The notes under the pieces: generated by a model
The model's database searches: none
Seen by the model: the letters and a program-made list of their open reading frames with translations, nothing else
Told to the model about the DNA's origin: nothing
Program-made: the position numbers and the translations under genes
Shown: in pieces, positions 29,963 to 39,595 of the stretch
How positions within the stretch are numbered: the stretch's first letter is position 1
Layout of the letters: each line of letters starts with the position of its first letter
DNA from: an uncultured Alistipes sp.
GTDB taxonomy: Bacteria; Bacteroidota; Bacteroidia; Bacteroidales; Rikenellaceae
Assembly: GCA_904502285.1 (NCBI GenBank)
Contig: CAJGEC010000002.1
Span: 15,126-79,125 of the forward strand
Direction: 5' to 3'
Length of the DNA: 64,000 bases

Positions 29963-30642
29963 TCGTAGAAATCAAAGATTTAGGACAAATGGCCTATGGC
30001 GAGTGCTGGGATCTTCAGCGCACGCTATTTGATGCTTTGTGCCAAAAGAAGTTGGAGAAGCGAATCACCCCAGGTGAGGCGCATGGCACCATTCTCATTG
30101 TTGAGCATCCCGCAGTATATACCTTAGGCAAGAGTGGCCACCAGGAGAATATGCTTGTTACCGAGGAGTATTTGAAGAGCCTCGGAGCAGAGTTCTTCCA
30201 CATTGATCGCGGTGGCGACATCACCTTCCACGGCCCAGGGCAACTTGTTTGCTATCCTATCATCGACCTCGATGCAATAGGATTGGGCATTCGTCGTTAT
30301 ATAGAGGCATTGGAGCAGTCGGTTATCGACCTTGCTTCGGAGTATGGCATCGAAGCACATCGTAGCGAGGGCGCTTCGGGTGTATGGGTGACACAGGGCA
30401 ACCGCTTGGTTAAGTTGTGCGCCATTGGTGTACGTGCCTCACACGGCGTGACTATGCACGGTCTGGCGATGAATGTCGCTACGGACCTACGCTGGTTCGA
30501 ACTCATCAACCCCTGTGGCTTTACCGACAGAGGCGTTTGTTCGCTCTCGTCACTCACTAAACGAGAGGTGACTATGAAGGAGGTTATGCCTAAGTTCATC
30601 AACTACTTAACGAAAAATTTAAATGTTAAATATAAAAAATAA
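29947..30642 (+). CDS. lipB: Octanoyltransferase LipB
   Basis: EHPAVYTLG, DRGGDITFHGPGQLV, HGLAMN, INPCG; overlaps lipA by 16 nt. Confidence 0.96.
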   Translation: MQNEVIVEIKDLGQMAYGECWDLQRTLFDALCQKKLEKRITPGEAHGTILIVEHPAVYTLGKSGHQENMLVTEEYLKSLGAEFFHIDRGGDITFHGPGQLVCYPIIDLDAIGLGIRRYIEALEQSVIDLASEYGIEAHRSEGASGVWVTQGNRLVKLCAIGVRASHGVTMHGLAMNVATDLRWFELINPCGFTDRGVCSLSSLTKREVTMKEVMPKFINYLTKNLNVKYKK

Positions 30643-30647
30643 TTGTT

Positions 30648-32408
30648 ATGCCCATAGAAAAAAGATGGGTAGTCAAGCCACAAGGCGACCGCGCCAAGGT
30701 GGAGACTTTGTCTTCACAGCTCGGAATGTCTTCTGTATTGACCAACCTATTAGTTCAGAGGGGCATAGACACTGTAGAGAAGGCCAAGAAGTTCTTCTCA
30801 CCCGCACTACGCGACTTGCACGATCCCTTCCTAATGAAGGATATGGACAAGGCTGTGGAGCGTATCGAGAAGGCGGTGAAGGCTGGCGAAAAGGTAATGA
30901 TTTATGGCGACTACGATGTCGACGGAACCACTGCCGTGGCGCTGGTTTACAAGTTCTTAAGCCAGATAGGTCACAAGAACCTATCGTTCTACATTCCTGA
31001 CCGATATGTCGATGGATACGGCATATCAATCCGAAGCATCGACCACGCCGTCCGCAAGGGCGTAACCTTGGTCATTGCCTTGGACTGCGGCATCAAAGCC
31101 GTTGAAAAGGTCGTCTATGCCAAAGAGCGTGGCGTAGATTTCATCATCTGCGACCACCACCTACCTGCCGAGGAGATTCCTCAGGCAGTGGCTGTATTGG
31201 ACCCCAAACGCACCGACTGCAACTATCCTTTCGATGAGTTGTCGGGTTGTGGCGTTGGTTTTAAACTCGTCGAGGCCTACGCACGACGCAACAAGATTCC
31301 TTTTGCCGAGATTGAGCATCTGTTGGACTTGTTGGTAGTGAGCATCGCTTCGGACATTGTGCCACTTGTGGGCGAGAACCGCATTTTGGCACACTACGGT
31401 TTGCGCAAGCTAAACTCCTCACCCTCAAAGGGTCTGTTGTCGATTATCAAGATTTGTGGTCTTGAGAACCACAATATCACCGTCGATGACATAGTCTTCA
31501 AAATTGGTCCACGCATCAACGCCGCAGGCCGTATGCGTATGGACGAGGATGATGAGAATGCGGCACCTTCAGGCGGTCACGCTGCTGTGAGTCTTCTTAT
31601 CGAGGGCGATGCACAGGAGGCAGCGAAGTTTGGCGAGGTTATCGACTCGTTCAACCAGGACCGCAAGAGCATCGACCGCAATGTCACTCAGGAGGCGCAC
31701 GACTACGTGGAGTCGCACCCTAAACTTAAGGCACTTAAGAGTACGGTCATCTACAACCCTAAGTGGATGAAGGGTATCGTCGGCATCGTAGCCTCTCGCC
31801 TTATCGAGACCTACTACCGCCCTACCGTGGTACTCACTAAGTCTAATGGTTTTGTGACGGGCTCGGCACGCTCGGTTGCAGGTTTCGACCTCTACCAGGC
31901 TATCGAGTCTTGCTCCGACCTCTTGGAGAACTTCGGCGGACATATGTACGCTGCGGGTCTCACGATGAGGGAGGAGAATGTTGAGGCCTTCACCAAGCGC
32001 TTCAACGACTATGTTGAGAATAACATAGACCCCAATATTCTTGTGCCACAGGTAGATATCGACTGCGAGTTGCTCTTCTCGGAGATCACCGACGACTTCT
32101 ACCGTCAGCTCAACAATTTCCAGCCTTTTGGCCCAGGAAATAGTGCGCCAGTGTTTATGACACGTAGCGTGAGCAACCGTGGCGATGCGAAACTTGTGGG
32201 CGTGGAGTGCGACCACCTCCGTATGGACCTTATGCAGAGGGAGAAGCCACACACCACTATTCCTGCCATCGCCTTCCAGCAGCCTACTCACTATGAGTGG
32301 GTACGTGCGGGCAAGCCCGTGTCGGTCTGCTACCAGATTGTTGAGAACCACTACCGTGGTACGGTGAGCAAGCAGTTGCGCATCAAGGATATCAAGCCCG
32401 AACGATAG
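30648..32408 (+). CDS. recJ: Single-stranded-DNA-specific exonuclease RecJ
   Basis: YGDYDVDG, DHH, PRINAAGRM, GSARS, FGGHMYAAG. Confidence 0.97.
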   Translation: MPIEKRWVVKPQGDRAKVETLSSQLGMSSVLTNLLVQRGIDTVEKAKKFFSPALRDLHDPFLMKDMDKAVERIEKAVKAGEKVMIYGDYDVDGTTAVALVYKFLSQIGHKNLSFYIPDRYVDGYGISIRSIDHAVRKGVTLVIALDCGIKAVEKVVYAKERGVDFIICDHHLPAEEIPQAVAVLDPKRTDCNYPFDELSGCGVGFKLVEAYARRNKIPFAEIEHLLDLLVVSIASDIVPLVGENRILAHYGLRKLNSSPSKGLLSIIKICGLENHNITVDDIVFKIGPRINAAGRMRMDEDDENAAPSGGHAAVSLLIEGDAQEAAKFGEVIDSFNQDRKSIDRNVTQEAHDYVESHPKLKALKSTVIYNPKWMKGIVGIVASRLIETYYRPTVVLTKSNGFVTGSARSVAGFDLYQAIESCSDLLENFGGHMYAAGLTMREENVEAFTKRFNDYVENNIDPNILVPQVDIDCELLFSEITDDFYRQLNNFQPFGPGNSAPVFMTRSVSNRGDAKLVGVECDHLRMDLMQREKPHTTIPAIAFQQPTHYEWVRAGKPVSVCYQIVENHYRGTVSKQLRIKDIKPER

Positions 32409-32446
32409 AGTCAACTACACAGGGCGGAGCATATAATTGAGTAAGC

Positions 32447-32486
32447 GAGGTTGTCACCCCTTGGGGTTTGGCAACCTCTCTTTTTT
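32447..32486 (+). terminator. Intrinsic terminator after recJ
   Basis: GAGGTTGTCA...TGGCAACCTC stem followed by TCTTTTTT. Confidence 0.75.
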
Positions 32487-32548
32487 ATCATTACGCACCA
32501 GATGTCCCCACCTGTTGATAGTTAGAAATCCAACGGATAGCACTCAAA

Positions 32549-32603
32549 GAAGTCGTATAACAAGCGCTAATTTTAGGCGCACGAAGTTCGAAAAAGCGGA
32601 GTT
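32549..32603. repeat. Truncated 55-bp left half of the palindromic element at 32694-32813
   Basis: Direct repeat of 32694-32748 with 2 mismatches. Confidence 0.9.
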
Positions 32604-32627
32604 CCCACCATCCCAAGCGCGAGACCA

Positions 32628-32849
32628 TTTTGTTGTTAGAATAGTGCAGATACAACGCTCGGCGAAATTCGAGGCGATGGGGCAGTACTCGAAGAAGCCG
32701 TATAACAAGCGCTAATTTTAGGCGTACGAAGTTCGAAAAAGCGGAGTTTACTAAGCGTAAATGAGAATTTTGAGAACGAGTGCAACGCCAAAGGAGCCTT
32801 GTTAGACGACTTCGTTAGCGGCAGTAGATGCACTGTTATAACTACAAAA
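32628..32849. mobile_element. Outer MITE-like palindromic element with 21-bp imperfect terminal inverted repeats, interrupted by a second element
   Basis: TTTTGTTGTTAGAATAGTGCA (32628-32648) vs TGCACTGTTATAACTACAAAA (32829-32849), 18/21 complementary. No coding capacity; mobility is inferred. Confidence 0.55.
32694..32813. mobile_element. Inner 120-bp MITE-like palindromic element
   Basis: Terminal IRs GAAGCCGTATAACAAG / CTTGTTAGACGACTTC (14/16); central GCGGAGTTTACTAAGCGTAAATGAG core; partial second copy nearby. Confidence 0.65.
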
Positions 32850-33090
32850 ATTTGTCAGTTCACCGCCACTTTTTACCCATTCACATTTTTTTCTGCGAAA
32901 AGTTATGGTTGTTTGCTGAAAAATCACTATCTTGCGCACAAATAAAGTAGATAAGGTATACGACAAATACTCTTGATGCGTTACTATTGCGAAGGGTTTC
33001 GACGAACTCATTAAGGGAACGAGTCGGATAAAGATGACGGACAACTAAAAAAGGATAGATAAATATTAACTTAAAACTTCTAATAAGATT

Positions 33091-33573
33091 ATGAAAAAGT
33101 TATTGTTTTTGATGGTTGCGCTCTTCGTAGGTGTTAGCGCATCGGCACAGATGGTTCCAGATGTTAAGGTTGAGAATCAGGAGGGTAAGATTATCTCTAC
33201 TCGCGACTTGGTGGATGGTGTTCCAGCAATTATCTCGTTCTGGTCTACCACTTGCAAGCCTTGTATTATGGAGCTCAACGCCATCAACGACAACCTCTAC
33301 GATTGGTTGGACGAGGCAGAGTTCAAGGTGATTGCCGTATCTGTTGATGATGCACGTACTTTGAGCCGCGCACGTGCTATGACTCAGGGTCAGGGTTGGG
33401 ACGACTACGTATGTGTTTACGACAAGAACCAGGATTTCAAGCGTGCAATGAACGTGAGCCTCACCCCACACACCTTCATTATGGATGGTAAGGGTAACAT
33501 CGTCTACTCACACTCTGGCTACACTCCAGGTAGCGAGCAGGAGTTGTTCGAGAAGATTAAGTCGCTCAAATAA
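33091..33573 (+). CDS. Periplasmic TlpA/redoxin-family thiol-disulfide oxidoreductase
   Basis: Signal peptide ending ASA|Q; FWSTTCKPC active site; VSVDD; cis-Pro loop TPHTF. Confidence 0.92.
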   Translation: MKKLLFLMVALFVGVSASAQMVPDVKVENQEGKIISTRDLVDGVPAIISFWSTTCKPCIMELNAINDNLYDWLDEAEFKVIAVSVDDARTLSRARAMTQGQGWDDYVCVYDKNQDFKRAMNVSLTPHTFIMDGKGNIVYSHSGYTPGSEQELFEKIKSLK

Positions 33574-33596
33574 TCAGTAAAACAAACAATCTCACA

Positions 33597-33624
33597 GGGA
33601 GTTACATTGCAGTAACTCCCCTTT
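33597..33624 (+). terminator. Intra-operon hairpin between tlpA and the barrel gene
   Basis: GGGAGTTAC-attgca-GTAACTCCC followed by CTTT; short U-tract suggests a leaky terminator or stabiliser. Confidence 0.5.
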
Positions 33625-33648
33625 GTGTAAAGTAATAAACTTTGTAGG

Positions 33649-35457
33649 ATGAAGAAATTTATACTCTTTTTAGGCGTCGCTCTCTGTGCGACACTTTGTG
33701 TTAATGAGGCCTCAGCGCAGATTAAGGTTGGCGAGGAGGGTCGTCTCTCTATCGCCTTCGAGAGCAACACAAGCTACTACGCTAAGGATAAGCTTTTGGA
33801 GGATATTGGTAAGTACACCAACTATAATCCTGATCCAGATTACGAGTTCAACTTTGTCGATGGTCCAGACCGTAGCAACATCGGTTCTAACGACTACCTC
33901 AAGCTCGACTACTCTTGGAAGGGTCTTTCTGTAGGTCTCCAGGTTGATGGTTACCTTCCACCACTCTATGGCTACGACCTCTACAACTACTCACAGCGCG
34001 ACACTAAGCTTTCGGGTTTCCTCTCTAAGTATATCCAGTGGGAGGACAAGAACTGGGGTGTTCGCGTAGGTGATATTTACGACCAGTTTGGTAACGGTCT
34101 TATCTTCCGTTCTTACGAGGATCGCAACCTCGCGTTCAACAACTCGTTGGCAGGTGCTCGTGCCTACTACAACTTCAACAACTACGTGAACGTGAAGGTG
34201 TTGGCAGGTATGCCACGTCTCTACGATATCCGCACCAACAACTGGGTATATGGTGGTGACCTCTCACTCTCTATCTCAGATATGGCGGGTTGGAACGATG
34301 GTGTCGTCTCAGTTGAGGGTAGCTACGTAGGTCGTTACGATAGCGATATTTCGGAGTTCAATATGGTTGATTGGGAGACTCAGCAGGAGATCAACACCCT
34401 TGGTCGTCAGCACCTCAATATGGTCTCTGGTCGTCTTAATTTCGAGTATAAGGGTGTCACTCTTCGTGGTGAGTACGCTGCCAAGCTCAACAATGACCTC
34501 TACAACAATGCGAATATAGTTGAGAACGTAGGCAAGGGTAACGCTATCTACGTAGACTTGGGCTACAACTACAAGCGCTTCTCGGCTACTGCTACATTCC
34601 GTCGTTTGAAGAATATGACAACATTCATCGATCCACGTGCGGATGCTATCTCTGGCGGTAACTTCCTAAACTATCTCCCTATCCTTACTCGTCAGCACAC
34701 CTACTCATTGGCAGGTCTCAACCCATTTATGGGCGCTCCATCGGGCAACGAGATTGGCGGTCAGATCGACTTGTACTACTCGTTGCGCAACAAGAAGGCT
34801 CGTGGCAAGTACTGGAACTTCCACGCTAACTTCTCGATGTTCAATACCTACGACCACGTTGCCTTGCGCTCTGGTTCAGAAATGCGCGAGGGTCGCAACA
34901 TCTGGCTCGACTTTAACTTCGACGTTGAGCGTCAGTGGAATAAGTCACTTAAGACTACCTTCTTCTACTCGTTCCAGCGTCGTGATACCGACCAGTATGA
35001 TATGCCTGAGGGTCACTACTGCCCATCGCATATCTTCGTAGCTGACGTAACCTACAAGGTGAACAAGAAGCACTCGTTGCGTTTCGAGGCTCAGTATCTC
35101 GCTGCTAACAACTACGAGGGTGACTGGGTAGCAGCAACCATCGAGTATAACTTCGCACCTAAGTTTAGCGTTTATGTAAGCGATATGTGGAACTGTGAGC
35201 CTATGAAGGATGGCAACTATGGTAACTACTTCTACCACTACAGTATGGCCAACTCAAACGACCCTGCGTTGTATGAGAATCCATTCAAGCACGAGCTTTT
35301 GCACTACTACCAGGTGGGTGCGAGCTTCACTCACAACAGCCTCCGCGTACAGCTCTCTTATGGCCGTAACCGCGAGGGTATCGTTTGCTCTGGTGGTGTA
35401 TGCCGCAAGCAGCCAGCCTTCACTGGTGCAAACCTTGCTTTGACGCTCTCATTCTAA
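33649..35457 (+). CDS. DUF6029-like outer-membrane beta-barrel protein with C-terminal CSGGVC
   Basis: Signal peptide, alternating amphipathic strands, VGDIYDQFGNGLIFRSYEDR, GRNREGIVCSGGVCR, terminal beta-signal LALTLSF. Confidence 0.85.
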   Translation: MKKFILFLGVALCATLCVNEASAQIKVGEEGRLSIAFESNTSYYAKDKLLEDIGKYTNYNPDPDYEFNFVDGPDRSNIGSNDYLKLDYSWKGLSVGLQVDGYLPPLYGYDLYNYSQRDTKLSGFLSKYIQWEDKNWGVRVGDIYDQFGNGLIFRSYEDRNLAFNNSLAGARAYYNFNNYVNVKVLAGMPRLYDIRTNNWVYGGDLSLSISDMAGWNDGVVSVEGSYVGRYDSDISEFNMVDWETQQEINTLGRQHLNMVSGRLNFEYKGVTLRGEYAAKLNNDLYNNANIVENVGKGNAIYVDLGYNYKRFSATATFRRLKNMTTFIDPRADAISGGNFLNYLPILTRQHTYSLAGLNPFMGAPSGNEIGGQIDLYYSLRNKKARGKYWNFHANFSMFNTYDHVALRSGSEMREGRNIWLDFNFDVERQWNKSLKTTFFYSFQRRDTDQYDMPEGHYCPSHIFVADVTYKVNKKHSLRFEAQYLAANNYEGDWVAATIEYNFAPKFSVYVSDMWNCEPMKDGNYGNYFYHYSMANSNDPALYENPFKHELLHYYQVGASFTHNSLRVQLSYGRNREGIVCSGGVCRKQPAFTGANLALTLSF

Positions 35458-35475
35458 ACACTTTAGAAAACGAAT

Positions 35476-36588
35476 ATGAAACTTAAGAATCTTTTTGGAC
35501 TTATCTGTGGCGTAGCTACCCTTATGGTGGCTTGCGAGAAGCCAGCACCAGATAATGGTCCTGTCGCAACGGGTGATGTAACCCTCTCAGTAGCCAACTA
35601 CTCTGTGGAGGTTAATACCCCTATCAACTTTATCGTCAAGGATGCATCGAACGTAGATTTAACTGCAAATGCAATGATTTACAACAAAATTTACGTTAAT
35701 GGAAAGTTTAATGACGTGAAGGAGGTTACAAACCCATTCACCCCTACGGCTGATGGTCAATATGAGTTCTATGCCGTAGTAGGCACCTCAATCTCAAATA
35801 CAATTAAGATTGATGTTGTCCCAACAATCCCTGCTCTTCCAGAGGATCCACAGCCAGCGAACACATCGTTCAACCACCGTATCCTCTTGGTGGACCACAC
35901 AGGTACTAACTGTGGTTTCTGCCCTGAGATGATGAAGGCGTTGAAGGAGGTTGAGGCTATGGAGGGTATGCACGACAAGTACTATGAGACTATGGCACAC
36001 TCATACAACACCTCTGACCCTGCATTCTCTGCTGCTGCAGGCTCTATCTCTACATACTTTGGTGTGAAAGAATACCCACGCCTTACCTACAACTTTGTCT
36101 ATGACATTCAGTCGGATCGTAACGCAAGCCATATCGCTCAGCAGATCAACACCATCTGGAAGGAGAGTGCCGACGCAGGTATCGCTGCTTCAGCAAGCCT
36201 TGCTACGACATCTGTTGTTGTAAACGCAGAGGTTAAGGCTGCCGTTACCAACGAGTATCGCATCACTGCTTGGTTGTTGGAGGATGGCATCGAGGGTACT
36301 CAGAAGAATGCTACCGAGGATTGGATGAATATCCACAACAATGCTATCCGTCAGGCTGCAACCCTCAACCCTATTTCGGGCTTCGACCTCGGAACTATCG
36401 AGGCTGGTAAGTGTGCAACTCAGGCAATGAACCTTGCCATCACAGGTGCAGGTAGCAACGTGTGGAATCGCGATAACCTCAAGGCTATGGTCATTGCATC
36501 AGCCAAGAATAGTGCAGGCAAGTTCGAGGTAGTAAACGTGGTAATTTGCCCAGTAAATGGCAGTGTGACATACGACTACAAGAAATAA
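35476..36588 (+). CDS. Omp28-related lipoprotein with thioredoxin-like CGFC
   Basis: Lipobox LMVAC; ILLVDHTGTNCGFCP; AWLLEDGI and IHNNAIR as in Omp28-type C-terminal domains. Confidence 0.82.
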   Translation: MKLKNLFGLICGVATLMVACEKPAPDNGPVATGDVTLSVANYSVEVNTPINFIVKDASNVDLTANAMIYNKIYVNGKFNDVKEVTNPFTPTADGQYEFYAVVGTSISNTIKIDVVPTIPALPEDPQPANTSFNHRILLVDHTGTNCGFCPEMMKALKEVEAMEGMHDKYYETMAHSYNTSDPAFSAAAGSISTYFGVKEYPRLTYNFVYDIQSDRNASHIAQQINTIWKESADAGIAASASLATTSVVVNAEVKAAVTNEYRITAWLLEDGIEGTQKNATEDWMNIHNNAIRQAATLNPISGFDLGTIEAGKCATQAMNLAITGAGSNVWNRDNLKAMVIASAKNSAGKFEVVNVVICPVNGSVTYDYKK

Positions 36589-36626
36589 GTTAAACAATAT
36601 TATCTAACTAAAAACAACACAAAACT

Positions 36627-37778
36627 ATGAAAATCACAAAATTCTTCGCGCTTCTTGGCGCTGTAGCATTTGCTTTTGCTGCTTGTGAGCCAGTCAACAA
36701 TGGTGGTGACGACAATGGCCAGCAGGGTGGTACCGATGGTCCAGAACGTCCTGAGCCAACAGGTAGCATCACTCTCACTGCTGACAAGACATCTGTAGAG
36801 ATTGGTGACATTGTAACCTTCACCGTTACTGATGCTGAGAACCAGGACGTAACATCACAGGCTAATATCTATGATGCTGAATTGACAGTAGTTGAGAATG
36901 GCAAGTGGACTGCAGCTACTACTGGCGTTTACGAGTTCTTTGCAACTGTAGGTAGCGAGAACTCTAACTACGTAAAGATCTCTGTTATGGCTGAGGTTCC
37001 TGAGATTCCTGAGAATCCAGAGCCAGAGAACCTCGCATTCAACCACCGTGCTATCCTCGTTGATTTCACAGGTGTAAACTGTGGCTACTGCCCTGATATG
37101 GTTGATGAGCTTATCAAGCTTCACGGCACATCATGGGTGAACCACTACAACGAGGTGACTAACCATGGTCTTGCAAGCTATCTTACTGATGGTGACCCTG
37201 CAAGAAGCGCAGCAGCAACCACTATGTGTAACTTCTATGGTGGTCGTATCACTGGTTTGCCAACCCTTATTATGAACTTCAATGGCCAGGGTATCAACCG
37301 TAACTACAACGCTATGGCATCAACTCTTCAGAGCTATATCCAGTTGGATGGTGCTGACGTAGGTATCTCTATGGCGGTATCTGGCGATAGCGAGGTAGTT
37401 TATTTCGCTTCTGAGATCAAGGCTGCTAAGACTAACGAGTACCGCGCTACTGCTTGGTTGCTTGAGAGCGACATCTATAGCCCAAACCAGGCTGGTGCTA
37501 CAAAGCCTGAGCACAAGATCTACGACTTCGCTATCCGCAACGGTCTTAACATCACTCGTTCAGATATCTCTGGTGAGGATCTCGGCACTATCGAGGAGGG
37601 TAAGTCAGTAGAGTACTCTCGTGGAATTGAGGTTACAAGCAATAGCTGGAAGGTTGAGAACTGCGGTGTCCTCGTTATCGTTAGCGCTAAGGACAAGAAC
37701 GGTAAGTGGGAGGTTGTAAACTCAGCTTACTGCCCAGTAAACGAGAGCAAGGCATTCGAGTTCGTAACTGCTGAGTAA
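36627..37778 (+). CDS. Omp28-related lipoprotein with thioredoxin-like CGYC (paralog of the upstream gene)
   Basis: Lipobox AFAAC; ILVDFTGVNCGYCP; AWLLESDI. Shares YEFFA, FNHR and NEYR segments with 35476-36588. Confidence 0.82.
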   Translation: MKITKFFALLGAVAFAFAACEPVNNGGDDNGQQGGTDGPERPEPTGSITLTADKTSVEIGDIVTFTVTDAENQDVTSQANIYDAELTVVENGKWTAATTGVYEFFATVGSENSNYVKISVMAEVPEIPENPEPENLAFNHRAILVDFTGVNCGYCPDMVDELIKLHGTSWVNHYNEVTNHGLASYLTDGDPARSAAATTMCNFYGGRITGLPTLIMNFNGQGINRNYNAMASTLQSYIQLDGADVGISMAVSGDSEVVYFASEIKAAKTNEYRATAWLLESDIYSPNQAGATKPEHKIYDFAIRNGLNITRSDISGEDLGTIEEGKSVEYSRGIEVTSNSWKVENCGVLVIVSAKDKNGKWEVVNSAYCPVNESKAFEFVTAE

Positions 37779-37817
37779 CACATACTTTGACAAACGAAAT
37801 CGGCTTTGGCCAAATAA

Positions 37818-37864
37818 AGGAGAGGGTGTCCACAGAGGTTGTAGGACACCCTCTCCTCTTATTT
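37818..37864 (+). terminator. GAGGGTGTC-family terminator closing the redox operon
   Basis: AGGAGAGGGTGTCC-loop-GGACACCCTCTCCT followed by CTTATTT. Confidence 0.78.
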
Positions 37865-37954
37865 ATATAATAGGTAGCACAAGAAAATGGGACAAAGATT
37901 TTTTTGTTACCACAGCATTTAGTATCTTTGTGAAGATATAAACACCGATAAACT

Positions 37955-38392
37955 ATGAAATACGCAATTATCTCGACAGAAAAGGGTGATATGAAGGCGG
38001 AGTTGTACGCCGAGGAGACCCCTATCACCGTAAATAACTTTATCAAACTCGCTGAGAGCCACTTCTACGATGCCCTCACCTTCCACCGCGTAATCCCCGA
38101 CTTCGTGATTCAGGGTGGCTGCCCCCTTGGCAATGGTGCGGGAGGCCCAGGCTACACAATCCCTTGTGAGACCCGTGCCGAGCGTCAGTACCACGACCGT
38201 GGCGTACTCTCTATGGCGCACCGTGGCCCAAACACCGGAGGCTCACAGTTCTTCATCTGCCACAACCGTATGAACACCCAGCACCTCGACGGCGTTCACA
38301 CCTGCTTCGGCAAGGTAGTTGAGGGCGTGGATGTTATCGACGATATCCGCCCAGGTGACCTCATCCTCTCAATAACCATCGTCGAGGAGTAA
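37955..38392 (+). CDS. Cyclophilin-type peptidyl-prolyl cis-trans isomerase
   Basis: [43 protein letters not shown] box at 37923-37930. Confidence 0.95.
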   Translation: MKYAIISTEKGDMKAELYAEETPITVNNFIKLAESHFYDALTFHRVIPDFVIQGGCPLGNGAGGPGYTIPCETRAERQYHDRGVLSMAHRGPNTGGSQFFICHNRMNTQHLDGVHTCFGKVVEGVDVIDDIRPGDLILSITIVEE

Positions 38393-38397
38393 CCACT

Positions 38398-39465
38398 ATG
38401 ACAGACCTCACTCCCCTATTCCTTGGACAGAGTGCCGAGCCCCTCTACATTGCGGGCCCGTGCAGTGCCGAGAGCCGCGAACAACTGCTCACCTCAGCAC
38501 GTGGCGTAAAGCGTGCAGGGGTGGAGATTCTGCGTGCTGGAATCTGGAAACCTCGCACCAAGCCAGGCTCCTTCGAGGGCATTGGCGACAGGGCGCTGGA
38601 GTGGCTCGCAGAGGCCAAGAGGGAGTATGACCTGCGCATAATAACCGAAATTGCCACACCCCAACACCTCGACCTTGCCCTAAAGGCAGGTGTTGATGGT
38701 GTGTGGATAGGTGCGCGAACAACGACAAACCCATTCGCTACACAGCAGATTGCGGATGCCCTACGTGGTGTAGATACTGCCGTGATAGTGAAGAACCCCG
38801 TAATTCCCGACGTAGACCTCTGGATAGGTGCTATAGAGCGCATCTACAACAGTGGCGTTCGTCGCCTCGCTGCCGTACACCGTGGCTTCGGCACACACCA
38901 GACCACACCATACCGCAATGCACCACACTGGTCGGTACCCATCGAGCTACACCGCCGACTGCCCAACCTGCCAATACTCTCCGACCCCAGCCATATAGGC
39001 GGACGACGAGACCTCGTGGCACAACTCGCTCAGCAGGCCCTCGACTTAGGCTTTTCGGGCCTTATGATAGAGTGCCACCCCAACCCCAATGAAGCCCTCA
39101 GCGATGCACAACAGCAGATTACGCCAGAGAGCCTCAAGGAGCTTATAGCACAGCTACAACTGCGCAGAAGCACCAACGAGGGGGATCTCCTGAGCGACTA
39201 TCGACTACATATCGACTCCATCGATAGCCGCATAATAGAGTTGTTAGCCGAGCGTATGGACATCGCGCGTGAGATAGGCTCTTTCAAGCGTAAACACGGG
39301 ATGGCTGTAGTGCAACACGACAGGTACAACAAGCTCCTGGTGGCTGCCGAGGCAAAGGCCGAATCGATGAGCATACGCAAGGAGTTCATCCACCAAATAT
39401 TCAGTGCCATCCACGAAGAGTCGGTGCGTCAGCAACTCGACCTTGAGACGGAGACAAAGGCATAA
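38398..39465 (+). CDS. Bifunctional DAHP synthase (type I-beta-like)/chorismate mutase
   Basis: IAGPCSAE, WKPRT, WIGARTT, DPSH; C-terminal AroQ-like YRLHIDSID...ESVRQQ. Confidence 0.9.
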   Translation: MTDLTPLFLGQSAEPLYIAGPCSAESREQLLTSARGVKRAGVEILRAGIWKPRTKPGSFEGIGDRALEWLAEAKREYDLRIITEIATPQHLDLALKAGVDGVWIGARTTTNPFATQQIADALRGVDTAVIVKNPVIPDVDLWIGAIERIYNSGVRRLAAVHRGFGTHQTTPYRNAPHWSVPIELHRRLPNLPILSDPSHIGGRRDLVAQLAQQALDLGFSGLMIECHPNPNEALSDAQQQITPESLKELIAQLQLRRSTNEGDLLSDYRLHIDSIDSRIIELLAERMDIAREIGSFKRKHGMAVVQHDRYNKLLVAAEAKAESMSIRKEFIHQIFSAIHEESVRQQLDLETETKA

Positions 39466-39595
39466 ACAACCCTAAACGGACGAAATATAAGTGGTATAAA
39501 TACCTATTCTGCATCGCTGGCAGGCATATTATGGCCCGTCAGCGATATTTTTTTGGCTTTAAATGAGTATATTTGCCAAATAGAACAAAAAAAGT

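Noticed and set aside
32905..33048. Short frame with TGC-TGA and TGA-TGC upstream of the redox operon, considered as a selenoprotein or TGA-readthrough peptide
   Set aside because: Overlaps the likely promoter, needs two readthroughs, no SECIS-like hairpin evident, no resemblance to a known protein.
35476..37778. Omp28 paralogs as a diversity-generating retroelement template/target pair
   Set aside because: Similarity is diffuse at protein level, with no near-identical adenine-variant repeat and no reverse transcriptase.
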